DNA of 63,379 bases, filler included, from Octopus bimaculoides (taxonomy: Eukaryota): assembly GCF_001194135.2 (NCBI RefSeq). It is 8 parts of 7 records of this genome, joined end to end, with 100 filler letters (N's around TTAATTAATTAA, not from the genome) between each part and the next. Parts side by side here need not be neighbours in the genome. Positions count along the whole stretch, not along the records: positions 1 to 14,633 come from NC_068986.1; 7 more parts are not named here. One strand, 5' to 3'. The notes under the pieces were generated by a model that saw only the letters and a program-made list of their open reading frames with translations, did no database searches and had not been told where the DNA came from. The translations under genes were made by a program, and so were the position numbers. This document shows positions 1 to 12,370 of this stretch, in pieces (the stretch's first letter is position 1; each line of letters begins with the position of its first letter).

Positions 1-43
<43 letters not shown>

Positions 44-44
<1 letters not shown>

Positions 45-200
45 GAGTGGCTGTGTGGTAAGTAGCTTGCTTACCAACCAAATGGTTCTGGGTTCAGTCC
101 CACTGCGTGGCACCTTGGGCAAGTGTCTTCTGCTATAGCCTCGGGTCGACCAAAGCCTTGTGAGTGGATTTGGTAGACGGAAACTGGAAGAAGTCCGTCG
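44..200 (+). mobile_element. tRNA-derived SINE (octopus-type family A)
   Basis: ggagtggctgtgtggtaagtagc...ggttcagtcccactgcgtggcacc with A/B-box-like head. Further copies at about 11996-12150, 28606-28762 and 52689-52855. Confidence 0.85.
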
Positions 201-369
201 TATATATGTATATATATGTATGTGTTGGGCGAAAAGCTCAGTTCTTGTGAATTTTCCGAAGTCCTCTCCCATCGGAAAATATTTTACCCACAAATCTCAT
301 AACCGTAATGTATGCTGTTTGAAAGGTATTTATATAAAATTTTATTTTAAAAAAACATTTTCCTAAAAG

Positions 370-1790
370 TTGGGAAAAACTCGGATCTTGATAATTTTCC
401 AAAGTCCTAATGGGCTGGAGTCATCTTTCAAGGTATTGTCCATCATGCTAGTCCATCTGTTGGATCCACATTAGGCAGACTCTCCTTCTCCCAGGAGTTC
501 TCTACATTTAATAAGCCTTTCATAGTAGCACTTCTAAGTCTTTCTATGCAGAGTCACTAACTACAAATGAACTGTCATCCATGCAGACACACTTCTCTCC
601 CACATCCCTGGCACACTGTTTTGCAAGCCGAGACGCTTGAAGCTGCTAGTCCTCACGCTGCATAACATTGGCAAACTTCCTTTCTGCTTCACCCCTGGCT
701 GAATATACCTGCTTCTCTTCTAGCCACTTAATATAGACCCTTGCTAGGGTCAGGTTGGTACTTTGCAGCACCTACAAATTTTGTCTGTGGCTTTAAGTTG
801 TCTCATAGGAACTATATTGTCTTTTAAACTCCTTGTCATCAAATACTTCAGTTGGGAAGTCTCTAAATCTCTATTCAAAGGATCCTTCTTTTCCAAACTA
901 GCTTGCTTCTCGAAATCGTTTGTGCCTGCAGTTTCAAAGTAACTAATGAGTAACCTATGCTGAAGGGTACATTCTTCACCAGAGAAGGATTTTTCATTTA
1001 TGAGCAACCATGAATCCCACTTTCTGGTGAGCTAGCATGGTCACCGGATTTATAGGTTATCAAGTTAGTGGCTGGTTAACTGAAGTTGATGTATATCAGT
1101 AGGTCATTCACATCACAGAACTCCAGCAGCCTTGTTCCCTCCTCTTTTCGGGAACCAATTCCATGTAAACCCCCACTCCACCTTGGGAAGACACCTGGGT
1201 GCTGCCCAACATGCTCATTGAAATTACTAGCTACAAAGATATGGCCACTGTCACTTGTTTTTGATGTAGCCTGCAAGAGTGCCACAGAAAGTCTTTTAGT
1301 TCATTAGGCAGGCCCCAGTGGGGGAGGGGGAATAGGCAGAGATGATTGTTACTGTGCTATCCCACAAAATTAGCTTCATATACTGTGACTACCTCAACCA
1401 CCTGACTTCATTTTTCTACTAAGAGCACGCCAACACCTCCTAACCCATTGCAGTTACCCTCTCAGAAGAGTTTATACCTATGCCTTTTGCCAATGAGGAA
1501 CCTGGCTGAAGCTCCCCTCCACTGAGCTTCTTAGATGCAACACATATCAACACCTCCTTTCAAGCATCTCAATCTTACCAGACCTACCTTTCAATATGCC
1601 TACATTGACTGTACCAACTCCAAGGGAGCGTAAAGGGGGGGCAGGAGGTAAGACGGAGGGGGAACTGTGCTTTACGGCATCTAAAGGGGTTGTAATGAGC
1701 ATTGGCCAGCAGACATGTCATAACAATTGTCCTCGTATTCAAGCCACCATCATTAGTATAAGCAATGTTAGCACAGGTACAAGTCAATAC
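370..1790 (-). mobile_element. Degenerate RTE-clade LINE (endonuclease/linker region)
   Basis: Broken frames include DFNEHVG-like and GIGSRKEEGTRLLEFCDVNDLLI motifs; homologous to the 14300-14632 fragment (gagaagtgtgtctgcatggatga). Confidence 0.7.
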
Positions 1791-1863
1791 ATATATAGGC
1801 TAATTGGTTAATTATTCACCTACATTGGTTGTGGATGCCATATACTAATTTTAGTACAAATAC

Positions 1864-2010
1864 ATCATCATCGTTTAACATCCGTTTTCCATGCTGGTAT
1901 GGGTTGGACGATTTGACTGAGGACTGGTGAAACCAGATGGCTACACCAGGCTCCAACCTGATTTGGCAGAGTTTCTACAGCTGGATGCCCTTCCTAACGC
2001 CAACCACTCC
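1864..2010 (+). mobile_element. Interspersed repeat family D (catcatcgtttaac...gccaaccactcc)
   Basis: Related copies at about 5995-6200 (minus) and 34100-34400 (plus). Confidence 0.7.
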
Positions 2011-2295
2011 AAAATAAGTGCTGCATTGTCACGCTTAATTTGTTTGCTTTGGTGCAGAGTAACAGGCTAGTGTTAATATTTTCAACAATAAGGATGAAAC
2101 TAACAAGAGTTGGGTAAAGGAGTGTGCTTGTATTGCAGCAATATAAATGCAATGGAGGGGGGGGTTAGCTGTTAGAAGTTCATGTTAATGATACTGCAAT
2201 AAAAAAAAAAAACCATAATTCCCAAATGAAAGAACCAGTAAAGCTGAACAAAGCACCTTACTATAGCAGCATTAACTTTTAAAGCAATTCGACTA

Positions 2296-3929
2296 TCTAT
2301 ATATATATAAAAATGAGAATGTGCGTCTGTATCCCTAAAACTCGAGAACTACGCAACCAATTTCATTCAAATTTTACAAATGCCTTACTCAGGGTTCCAG
2401 TTGTTTTAGCCAAAAATTTTTTGAAAGAGAGAAAGAGAGAGAGAGAAAGAGAGAGAGAGAAAGAGAGAAAGAGAGAGAGAGAGAAATGTATATGTATATG
2501 TATACATATAGATGTATATGTACACGTCATTACTCTAATTGAAACAATCACATTTCGATACTGTAATGACAGATACTTTCAGAGAGAGAGAGATGTATAT
2601 GTATATAGATGTATATGTACACGTATATGTATAGATATATATGCATACATGTATATGTATACATATGTGTAGATGTATATATATATATAGATGTACATGT
2701 AATATGTACACATATATACATACATACAGATATCTATACATATATACAGCCATCACACACATGGACACAAACACACACACACATAAGTCATTTGTTTTCT
2801 TATCCAAAACTACGTCAAAAGTACAGAATGGATCTTTATGAAATTTGGAAATTACATTCTATGCATAACGGCCATAACTCCCATGGAAATTCNNNNNNNN
2901 NNNNNNNNNNNNNNNNNNNNNNNNNNNNNNNNNNNNNNNNNNNNNNNNNNNNNNNNNNNNNNNNNNNNNNNNNNNNNNNNNNNNNNNNNNNNNNNNNNNN
3001 NNNNNNNNNNNNNNNNNNNNNNNNNNNNNNNNNNNNNNNNNNNNNNNNNNNNNNNNNNNNNNNNNNNNNNNNNNNNNNNNNNNNNNNNNNNNNNNNNNNN
3101 NNNNNNNNNNNNNNNNNNNNNNNNNNNNNNNNNNNNNNNNNNNNNNNNNNNNNNNNNNNNNNNNNNNNNNNNNNNNNNNNNNNNNNNNNNNNNNNNNNNN
3201 NNNNNNNNNNNNNNNNNNNNNNNNNNNNNNNNNNNNNNNNNNNNNNNNNNNNNNNNNNNNNNNNNNNNNNNNNNNNNNNNNNNNNNNNNNNNNNNNNNNN
3301 NNNNNNNNNNNNNNNNNNNNNNNNNNNNNNNNNNNNNNNNNNNNNNNNNNNNNNNNNNNNNNNNNNNNNNNNNNNNNNNNNNNNNNNNNNNNNNNNNNNN
3401 NNNNNNNNNNNNNNNNNNNNNNNNNNNNNNNNNNNNNNNNNNNNNNNNNNNNNNNNNNNNNNNNNNNNNNNNNNNNNNNNNNNNNNNNNNNNNNNNNNNN
3501 NNNNNNNNNNNNNNNNNNNNNNNNNNNNNNNNNNNNNNNNNNNNNNNNNNNNNNNNNNNNNNNNNNNNNNNNNNNNNNNNNNNNNNNNNNNNNNNNNNNN
3601 NNNNNNNNNNNNNNNNNNNNNNNNNNNNAAATGAATCACCAAAATTGGCCTTTCATTATTTATAATCTGTACCTGTTTGTTTGGTTACGAAATAAAATAC
3701 ACAAAACGTGTTTCTGAATTACGTGTATTTACTTTATATACATATGAGTTGAAAACTTTCTTCTAGCATTCCACTTAATATCTATGTTCCATGCTGGCAT
3801 GGATTGGAGAGTTATTAATGTAGAAATATGGTATCGTAGCTACTAACAGTTGAGGGTTGCGTAGTCTAGACGGCGTTTTTAGATTTCATTATTCTCTTTA
3901 ACCCAGGCAACGCCGGGTGTTTCTGCTAG
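2296..3929 (+). mobile_element. Non-autonomous Helitron-like element (gap inside)
   Basis: 5' A|TCTATATATATATAAAA; 3' hairpin cccaggcaacgccggg followed by CTAG|T at 3926-3930. Joining the two ends across the gap is inferred. Confidence 0.6.
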
Positions 3930-4343
3930 TATTATATAAAAATCAGATCTTAAAATTCCAATACTAAAATACAATATAAAACTTGGAAATGCAGAAATCA
4001 TCTAGCTTGAATAAATTTACTACCAAGCCAGTGCTAACCATTCACACCTACCTTCCAATGTCATTTTAAAAATCACTCCAAAGTCATGGAGATAATGTAT
4101 GATTAATTCAAAACAATGCGAATAATAAGCATTACATTTGACAATGCTAAAGGGTTAGAAATATTCAGGGCATTCGTATAGTAAACAAATTTCATCCTGA
4201 ACTGCAATAAATTTGTGGACCTTAACAAGTCAAAAACTCTGATATTCTAATAAACCCAAACTTCAAAACCAATCTATCTCAACCAATTGACTAGTTGAAA
4301 GAATTAAAACCAACACAAGTTTAATCCAGGAGAATTGAATGTA

Positions 4344-4437
4344 TTAATAAAAATATCCTAAAATTTTGCCACCAAGATGTCTTCTCCTGGCCTCCTCATG
4401 ATCAAGGATCCCTCCCGAGGTGGTTAATACCAAACAT
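4344..4437 (-). CDS. RPS15A: RPS15A terminal coding exon
   Basis: ccttttcag|ATGTTTGGTA...TATTTTTATTAA, 94 nt, (G)[30 protein letters not shown]. The four exons total 393 nt = 130 aa + stop, the canonical uS8 length. ATTAAA poly(A) signal candidate at 4325-4320. Confidence 0.97.
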
Positions 4438-4515
4438 CTGAAAAGGAACAGATATTTTCATATAAAAACAAACTACCATGTAAATCAAAGACAAATTATT
4501 TTCTTTAAATTAGCT

Positions 4516-5154
4516 CAGTGGTTCTCAACCAGGGTCCATGTAAAGTTTCTGCTATTAAAATTCACGTGCAATAAATTGCTTATACTTCTACAAGGAAAAA
4601 AAGAAAGAAAATTTATACAGTTAATGTTTCAAGCAAAGTAGCTAAGTTAAGAAAATCTCTATAAGAGATGAAAGTAATAAGTATACTGATAAGAAATATT
4701 TATCAGCACTTGAATATGGCCGCTTCACAGAAACCAACATTACTATTGCTTTTTAACCCCCAAGGAGTCTGATTATTGATGCAATCTGAACCCACCATAC
4801 ATTGCAAGCAGGGGAGCAAGCCCCTACCATCCTCTAGCAGACAACAGGACCACCAGACCATACGGTTTCAAGCTATTTGTGTTCATCCTCAGTGGTAGAC
4901 ACCCATTCACTATAGATAGTAGTAATTCGATCCAGCTCACAATATACACAAAGTGACAATCAGTCACCAGTCTTGCAACAGATGAAAGTAGTAACTATAC
5001 TGAGAAGTAATGCTTTTCGCCACTTTTTATATTTCATCATAAAAATACAAGAAGATTTTTTTTTTAAACTTTTAATAGCTAAGGGAGTCTGCCAGAGTAA
5101 AATAGAGAAACCAAAGGGCTCCACAGACAAAAAAAGAATGGTTGAGAACCACTG
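4516..5154. mobile_element. hAT/Charlie-type MITE termini in RPS15A intron 4
   Basis: cagtggttctcaacc at 4516 and its reverse complement ggttgagaaccactg ending at 5154. The 8-bp flanks do not match, so these may be two elements. The same terminus occurs at about 62060-62074. Confidence 0.55.
4850..4898 (-). ncRNA. Type I hammerhead ribozyme motif in RPS15A intron 4 (sense), weak stem II
   Basis: Minus strand: CTACCA-CTGAGGA-TGAACACAAATAGCTT-GAAA-CC-GTAT-GG-TC-TGGTGG. Stem I CUACCA/UGGUGG, core CUGAGGA, GAAA, stem III ACC/GGU, GUC cleavage triplet. Confidence 0.7.
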
Positions 5155-5185
5155 ATCTGGCAGAATGTTGGAAATGTTTGCTTAC

Positions 5186-5271
5186 CCAAATTGTCGAGAT
5201 GGCAATAAGTTGTTGGTCCACCTCTCCAAATCTCGGAGGCATATGTCAAATCGGGGGCTAATGACACCACA
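5186..5271 (-). CDS. RPS15A: RPS15A coding exon 3
   Basis: tttgtag|TGTGGTGTC...CAATTTGG|gtaagc, 86 nt, CGVISPRFDICLRDLERWTNNLLPSRQFG. Confidence 0.97.
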
Positions 5272-5470
5272 CTACAAATGAGAAAATAAAATCCAATCAG
5301 AAAGAAAAAAATAATAAATAATCATCTGCAATCCATAAGATACTTGGCTATATTCAACAGGAAATGTTTAAATAACTGGGTGATTGATTTAGAAATACGA
5401 ATCAATCACATCAATTTCAGTATATTTAATTTATATAGCATCCGGCCCTTCCTGAATGACCCATTATTTA

Positions 5471-5671
<201 letters not shown>

Positions 5672-7322
5672 TTAATATATTTTAACTTAATAGACAACTA
5701 ATTGAATAGAATAAGAAATCCATACGCTGCTTATCATACAGTTTGTAACTTCATTTGTAGTTGTATTTAAGCTTTTAGCATTCAGCTTACTCTGACAAAT
5801 GTAATTCTCATTTTTTCAGTTTTGAATTAATCAAGAATTATCTTGTAGTTTCAAGATTTTGAGGACGTGAGTGCTTGATTTAAGAACATTATAAGGTAGT
5901 TGCGAGAGGCTGGATTTCACCAGTTTGAACATAAACATGTAGAATATTTAGGGCAAAGCAAAACCATTTTAACTGAAACCCAGCCATTACCACTGATGCC
6001 AGTGCCGCCTGACTGGTTCCCATGCCGGTAGCATGTATGTAAAAGCACCCACCACACTCTTGGAGTGGTTAGTGTTAGGAAGGGCATCCAGCTGTAGAAA
6101 CCTTGCCAGATCAGATGCAGCCTCCCAGCTTGCCAGTTCTCAGTTGAGCCATCCAACCCATGCCAGCATGGAAAGTGCACCTTAAACAACAATGATGATG
6201 TATATCAGCTTTTAGAACAAAACCAAGAAATACCAGCAGTGAACTGCCTTTCAAATTTTATGTTTATATTCATAAACATAACATTATGAATGTTATATAC
6301 AGAAGATTAAGGTGCCTAAACACTTGTTTTGAAGTGTTTTATTTATGATAAGAATACTCAATCAAGATGTTGTAGGACTTCCTTCTACTAAGTATCAATT
6401 CATCATTGAATGCACAACTTGCAGGTATGCCCTCCTTTCACTAACTCTTCCTATTTTAAACTAAGTTTGCTTTTGCATCTGGATCTAAAAATCCAATATT
6501 TCAAGCAAATTTAAATGATTATAATCATGTTCAAATATGAACTGCAAATGAAAAAAGGCATCTTAGCCCTCTCATGCAGATATAATCCAGTTTAGCATTC
6601 TGGAATAGTTCTCTATGAAGCAAGTGAATTACAGACCAATCTTTGGTCTTTAGACACAGGCAGTAGCTTTCATAAAGTTTATAAAGCAAGTCATTCACTA
6701 AGTTTGCTGCTAAGCCCAACAAATGTAAATATTTTAATCGGAAGAGAAGGTAGCACTCATGACTCTTCAGTCTTGGTGACAAGGGGAGGAAGATTATCCC
6801 TAAACTGGAAACCAGGCCCAAGTGCTTGCGACAGAGTGGACTTGGTTAAAAGGTACCCAAGATGCCAGATGATAGCACTAAACTGAAAGATGGATGAAGT
6901 CCATTACCCAAGGAAGCGATGGCTTAATTTAACTCTGTCAATGCATTTCTTTTTTACATCGATCTTGAAAGAATGAAACGTAAAGTTGTACTCAGCAGCA
7001 TCTGAACAAGTACCAGAAAGTGTAGTCAGTGCTCTAACAACACTGCCAACAGTACCAATTCTACTATGACCAATTTATAGGAAAATCTGGCTTCTAATTC
7101 AAGCAGGTGGCTTTATGATCAATTTGTAGAAACAAAAGCTTCCTGTAAAATATCAACATTCACATTATCTAAAACTAAAGATCTTAGATCAGATCCTGCC
7201 AAGTACTACATTGTACAACACCCAAGAATACAGAAAACACCTTGAGGCTATCAGAGGTGAATCAACTAAAATTGCAATGAAAGAGATTTACACCGGTTAT
7301 AAAAGATACGAAATGTACATAC

Positions 7323-7455
7323 CATGTTTCATCATGACAGACAGAAATCTGCATGTGACTTTAGAATTTGGTCTGATCATCACCTGTCTTTTACCACCTC
7401 TCTCGGCTGCTTGAATAGTATTCAAAGCATCGGCTAATACGTTCATACGCACCAT
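7323..7455 (-). CDS. RPS15A: 40S ribosomal protein S15a (uS8), coding exon 1 (gene CDS span 4344-7455)
   Basis: Translates to [44 protein letters not shown](G). Acceptor ttgcag at 7465-7464, 8 nt of UTR before the ATG at 7455, donor G|gtatgt at 7322. 133 nt. Confidence 0.97.
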
Positions 7456-9839
7456 TTTTAGAGCTGCAAAATATTGTAAACTTCATTTCAACATCTTATA
7501 AAGAAAAGTAAAGAAGCAACAACTTTTGGTATATTTTATGTTTCGGTCATTCGGCTGTGGCCATGCATCGTCCACTGCCTTGAACTTCTAGTTGAATGAA
7601 TTGACCCCAGTAGTTATATTTTTTTAAAGCCTTGTAGTTATTCTATCGGTCTCTTTTTGCCAAATCGCTAAGTTATGGGGATTGTCAAGTGATGCAGGTA
7701 TTTATATTTACCGATGACATCTACTTAACGTTTTTGTTAGGACATTTATGCATGGCCAACGTAAATCGAATTTGGTGGGAAAACGTTCTCATTTTGGAGT
7801 GGTAAGCCTAGTTTAATACCACCACCGGTTGCGAACACCCCGAGAAAATGATCATGGGCGCTGCCCTTCCTCCTCTGGCTTAGCAATTGAAAAGAAAGAA
7901 CTTTAAAGATGAGAATTCAAACTTTTAGGGCTAGATCAAATAATCAACGGTCATGAATCACCATGACTGCTCATACAAAATTCCCCTTCTGATCACAAGT
8001 CCGAGAAAAATCGTTTATGGAAGACCAGCAGTTGTCCAGGCATACCAGCCTCGCCTCTCCACGCCACCGATGGGAAGGCAAAGGCCGATACAGCTTGGCA
8101 CCAGTGACGTCGCAACTCTTTGTTGCAACTAGGAAAATAACCAACTAAATTCGTATAGAACGAGAAAAAAACTCATGCAAAAATGTTTATCTAATCAGTG
8201 TTGTTTAGCAACAAAGCAACTGACGAAACGAATATTCCAATGAAATTGGCAAGAAAATTAATTTAGAGAGAAAATGGAAGCGATATATTTCATATTCAGT
8301 ATGGTAGCAATGCCAAATGGGCACTACAGCGAGCATTAAAATTTTACTGAACTATAATTTAGCCCCCCCCCCCCCAATAGTTTAAATAGTCTCAAACAAT
8401 TGAATTACAAATAATACTCGAATAAAACAAATCATGTCTGGCAAATTGTGATCTAATTCCACAAACATCGGTGAATGTTCATTGCTAATTAAGTTACCTA
8501 TTTTCGAAATTAACCAGTTTCTTATTTACGAACGCACTAGTCTGGTTCTTTAACATACGAGATCTTTTGAAGGATTATCCATAACACGTGGATTTAGCAT
8601 TAAATTGTATAAATATTCCATGTACCCGTATTATGTTTGCACGTGTTTCATTTACTAGATTTAGAATTACAATTTTCAGTTGCATTGTGGAACCCCCCCC
8701 TCCTCCTCCCATGGTTGTGCAAAGTTTGGGTGGAATATCGCTGGATTAAGTCCAGTCCCTTTTTCCAATATATTTGAATACTGTATTAAGTATAGCCGGA
8801 GTTCGGATGGATCATCCCTGACGAAGAAGAGCACTTCATCTGTAAAATATCTGTGTCTATACCTAAATCTACATTAACAATATCTTTCCTTCAAGACTTT
8901 ATAGATGTAGTTTGATGGCAAATTGCCGCGATTTCTTAACGGGACGAGACACGACTTTGCATGTGTTGTCGGTCTTATAGCTGTTACGCTTCCACATTAG
9001 ATCTAATCGAACAGATTCTATAATCAAAGGCTTACATCCCATCTATTTGTCTATCATTTTACAGTGGATTGATTTGAGAATTTGGATGCTATTTCCAAGC
9101 CAACTGGCGGTTTGTAAAAGGCATACACAGACTTCTGCAAATAAATACAATACATAGAATTACAATTTTCTTTTCTGTAGACATCATAATATCCTGCTTT
9201 TGTTTAGTAGTAGACAACAAAGTGTAGATATGGATGCGATATATACAAAGGATAACGACTAACAATATTAAGAAATATGACGAAAGATAGACTGATGGAT
9301 AAACGGAGAGGCATAAAAATATTTTCAATTTCAACAGCCTTGTTTCTATTTCAAAACTGAAGAATTAATTAGAGAGCTACAAGCATTATCTCGAGCTTTC
9401 TAATTAAATTTTCACCTAAAACGAAGAGATTAATAGAATTTAGGCAACACATAATGATGTTAGTAGCAGAAACACATTAGCAAAAGAGCATTGGATCAAA
9501 GCAGAATTTCTATCATAGACCTTGCAAAATTTGCTAGACTTACAAAAATAGAACAATATTATATATAAATGATCGGTTAATTCCACATTAAAAATTTGTT
9601 GGAAAGAACTAAAGTATTTAAAGAAGGGAAATTAAGGAAAATTTTCGGAGGGTCATTTAGACATCACGTTGTCAATATAAAAATATATAAATCCGACAGC
9701 TACATGAATAAACAAACCAGCAGGTATTACTAACTACGGCCTTATCTTGCTGAAAAAACAACTTTTTATCAAAAGAGTTACGAATTAGGAATAAGATTAA
9801 GCATGATTTACCAGAAGACAAATTAATAACGAGACATAC

Positions 9840-9863
9840 CTTGTGCTGGCTACCGGAAGAAAG
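9840..9863 (-). promoter_or_regulatory. RPS15A: Probable non-coding first exon / 5'TOP (TCT-type) start of RPS15A
   Basis: Minus strand reads ...cgttCTTTCTTCCGGTAGCCAGCACAAG|gtatgt: a pyrimidine tract starting at C followed by a strong donor, typical of ribosomal protein gene first exons. The link to the 7463 acceptor is inferred. Confidence 0.65.
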
Positions 9864-10532
9864 AACGAAAACGAGGCTGAAATTTATGATGTGAAAAAAA
9901 ATCAGGGGAGACAACTCCGGACATTTGAAATTGATTTGAATTTAAAAGGAAGTTTTAACATTAAAATTATTATTATTGTTGTTGTTGTTTCGTATTGATA
10001 GTATAAATTTATACTGTATAAAAATTCGTGTTGTATATTACCATATAAGCGTTGCTCTTTCAGTTACTCGTATAAAAATATGCTGCTCAAACGAAGTGGA
10101 TGTCAACCTTCTGATTTTTGATTCTGTTATTTATTTATTCTAAGGTAAAGTTAACACTTTTCCAGTTTTATATTCCACCCAAACATCGTAAGACACGATT
10201 TCGATTACTAATTGCTTTTGAATGGACATAACTCACACTGGCAACAGCTGTTTATCGCTTCACTTAAATAATCATGAAATGGGCGGGGTTAAAGAATATT
10301 CAGCGTAACAAGACACCTGGTCCAAACCCTGACCACCTGGTGCACGTATTCTTTACTTTCACCGATAAAATGTGATATTATGATGTCCTGCCTCTTAAGA
10401 ATATCTGGCAAGACTTCCTTTTCTCCTGTCTTTCTCTATTCCGGAAATATTTATATGAATTGTGTTTAACGTGGACTGTTATTAATGGTTCAATTCTGGG
10501 TTAAAGTTCAGATTTTTTTATTTTATTTTATT

Positions 10533-10745
10533 ATTCAAATATCGGTTTCAAATTATGGTACAAGGCCAGCAATTTTGGGGGAGGGGATAAGTAGATTACA
10601 TTCCACTGGTACTTATTTTATCGACTACAAAAAGATAAAAGTTAAAGTTGACCTTGGCGGAATTTGAACTCAGAACATAAAGACAGACAAAGTGTCGCTT
10701 GGCATTTTTGCCCGGCGTGCTAAAGATTCTGCCAGATCACCGCCT
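10533..10745 (-). mobile_element. tRNA-derived SINE family C
   Basis: Reverse complement of ggcggcgagctggcagaa..ttagcacgccgggc..ttctgagttcaaattccgcc. Copies at 36112-36312 (+) and two adjacent copies at 46590-46968 (-). Confidence 0.85.
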
Positions 10746-10981
10746 CTTATTTTGTTATTTAAATATTAACACAATTGTCAGAGAGTGAGATAAAATACTG
10801 TCGAGGTTTTGGAATATTTGTGCCCTCCTAAGTCCCATATTTCATGAGGACAACAAAAAAAAGTTTTCGAGGGGTGTAAAATTTGAATTTGTGAGTGTGG
10901 AATCAGAATCGTAATTTCCGTGTTGTGAAATACAAGAGGGACTTCGATAAAATGAGGTCATTTTTTCACAGGAATTTTCAA

Positions 10982-11055
10982 TGGCCGGATAACTGAAGAG
11001 ATGCTGGCGTGGGCTCCCACCCCGGCATCCGAAACTCTGAGTTTTATCATGGCTA
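10982..11055 (+). ncRNA. Type I hammerhead ribozyme motif (near canonical)
   Basis: TGGCC-G-GATAA-CTGAAGA-GATGCTGG-C-GTGG-GCTC-CCAC-C-CCGGCATC-C-GAAA-CTC-T-GAG-TT-TTATC-AT-GGCTA. All three stems pair; core CUGAAGA/GAAA; GUU triplet at 11041-11043; one extra C before GAAA. Confidence 0.85.
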
Positions 11056-11123
11056 CCGAATAACTGTCACATATTTTTACAGATATATATATTTACTTTT
11101 TTTACCCCCCTAAACTTTAAGAT

Positions 11124-11162
<39 letters not shown>

Positions 11163-11995
11163 ATATAGGATAAAATCTTTATAAGAATTTATCAAGTAGT
11201 CAGCGTGAAAAAACCCCATAAGGAAAAAAACCCATCGNNNNNNNNNNNNNNNNNNNNNNNNNNNNNNNNNNNNNNNNNNNNNNNNNNNNNNNNNNNNNNN
11301 NNNNNNNNNNNNNNNNNNNNNNNNNNNNNNNNNNNNNNNNNNNNNNNNNNNNNNNNNNNNNNNNNNNNNNNNNNNNNNNNNNNNNNNNNNNNNNNNNNNN
11401 NNNNNNNNNNNNNNNNNNNNNNNNNNNNNNNNNNNNNNNNNNNNNNNNNNNNNNNNNNNNNNNNNNNNNNNNNNNNNNNNNNNNNNNNNNNNNNNNNNNN
11501 NNNNNNNNNNNNNNNNNNNNNNNNNNNNNNNNNNNNNNNNNNNNNNNNNNNNNNNNNNNNNNNNNNNNNNNNNNNNNNNNNNNNNNNNNNNNNNNNNNNN
11601 NNNNNNNNNNNNNNNNNNNNNNNNNNNNNNNNNNNNNNNNNNNNNNNNNNNNNNNNNNNNNNNNNNNNNNNNNNNNNNNNNNNNNNNNNNNNNNNNNNNN
11701 NNNNNNNNNNNNNNNNNNNNNNNNNNNNNNNNNNNNNNNNNNNNNNNNNNNNNNNNNNNNNNNNNNNNNNNNNNNNNNNNNNNNNNNNNNNNNNNNNNNN
11801 NNNNNNNNNNNNNNNNNNNNNNNNNNNNNNNNNNNNNNNNNNNNNNNNNNNNNNNNNNNNNNNNNNNNNNNNNNNNNNNNNNNNNNNNNNNNNNNNNNNN
11901 NNNNNNNNNNNNNNNNNNNNNNNNNNNNNNNNNNNNNNNNNNNNNNNNNNNNNNNNNNNNNNNNNNNNNNNNNNNATATATATATATATATATAT

Positions 11996-12370
11996 AGGCG
12001 TGGTTGTGTGGTAAGAAGCTTGCTTCCCAACCACATTGTTCTGAGTTCAGTCCCACTGCATGGCACCTTGAGCAAGTGTCTTCTATAGCCTCAGGCTGAC
12101 CAAAGCCTTGTGAGTGGATTTGGTAGGCGGAAACTGGAGGAAGCCCGTCGTATATGTCTATGTGTGTGTCTGTGTTTGTCCCCCACCACTGTTTGATAAC
12201 TGGTGTCAGTGTGTTTACGTCCCCATAACTTAACTGTTCTCGGCAAAAGAGACTGACAGAATAAGTACTAGGCTTAGAAAATAAGTCCTGGGATCAATTT
12301 ATTCGACTAAAAAAACACTTCAAGGTGGTGCTCCAGCATGGCACAGTCAAATGACTGAAACAAGTAAAAG
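11996..12370 (+). mobile_element. Composite SINE: family A head, microsatellite, family B body
   Basis: Family B (tgtttgtcccc...gatagaataagtactagg...aaatgactgaaacaagtaaaag) also occurs at 13945-14145, 18290-18492, 28805-29020, 52890-52995, 61805-61992 and inverted at about 7540-7680. Confidence 0.85.

Noticed and set aside
2609-3665. Long ORFs in the track spanning N runs or microsatellites (poly-X, HTHT, CVCV, poly-R/K/L)
   Set aside because: They are open only because of Ns or simple repeats.
4960-5041. C/D-box snoRNA-like ATGATGA...CTGA in RPS15A intron 4
   Set aside because: No terminal stem, no recognisable rRNA antisense guide, and it overlaps MITE-like sequence.
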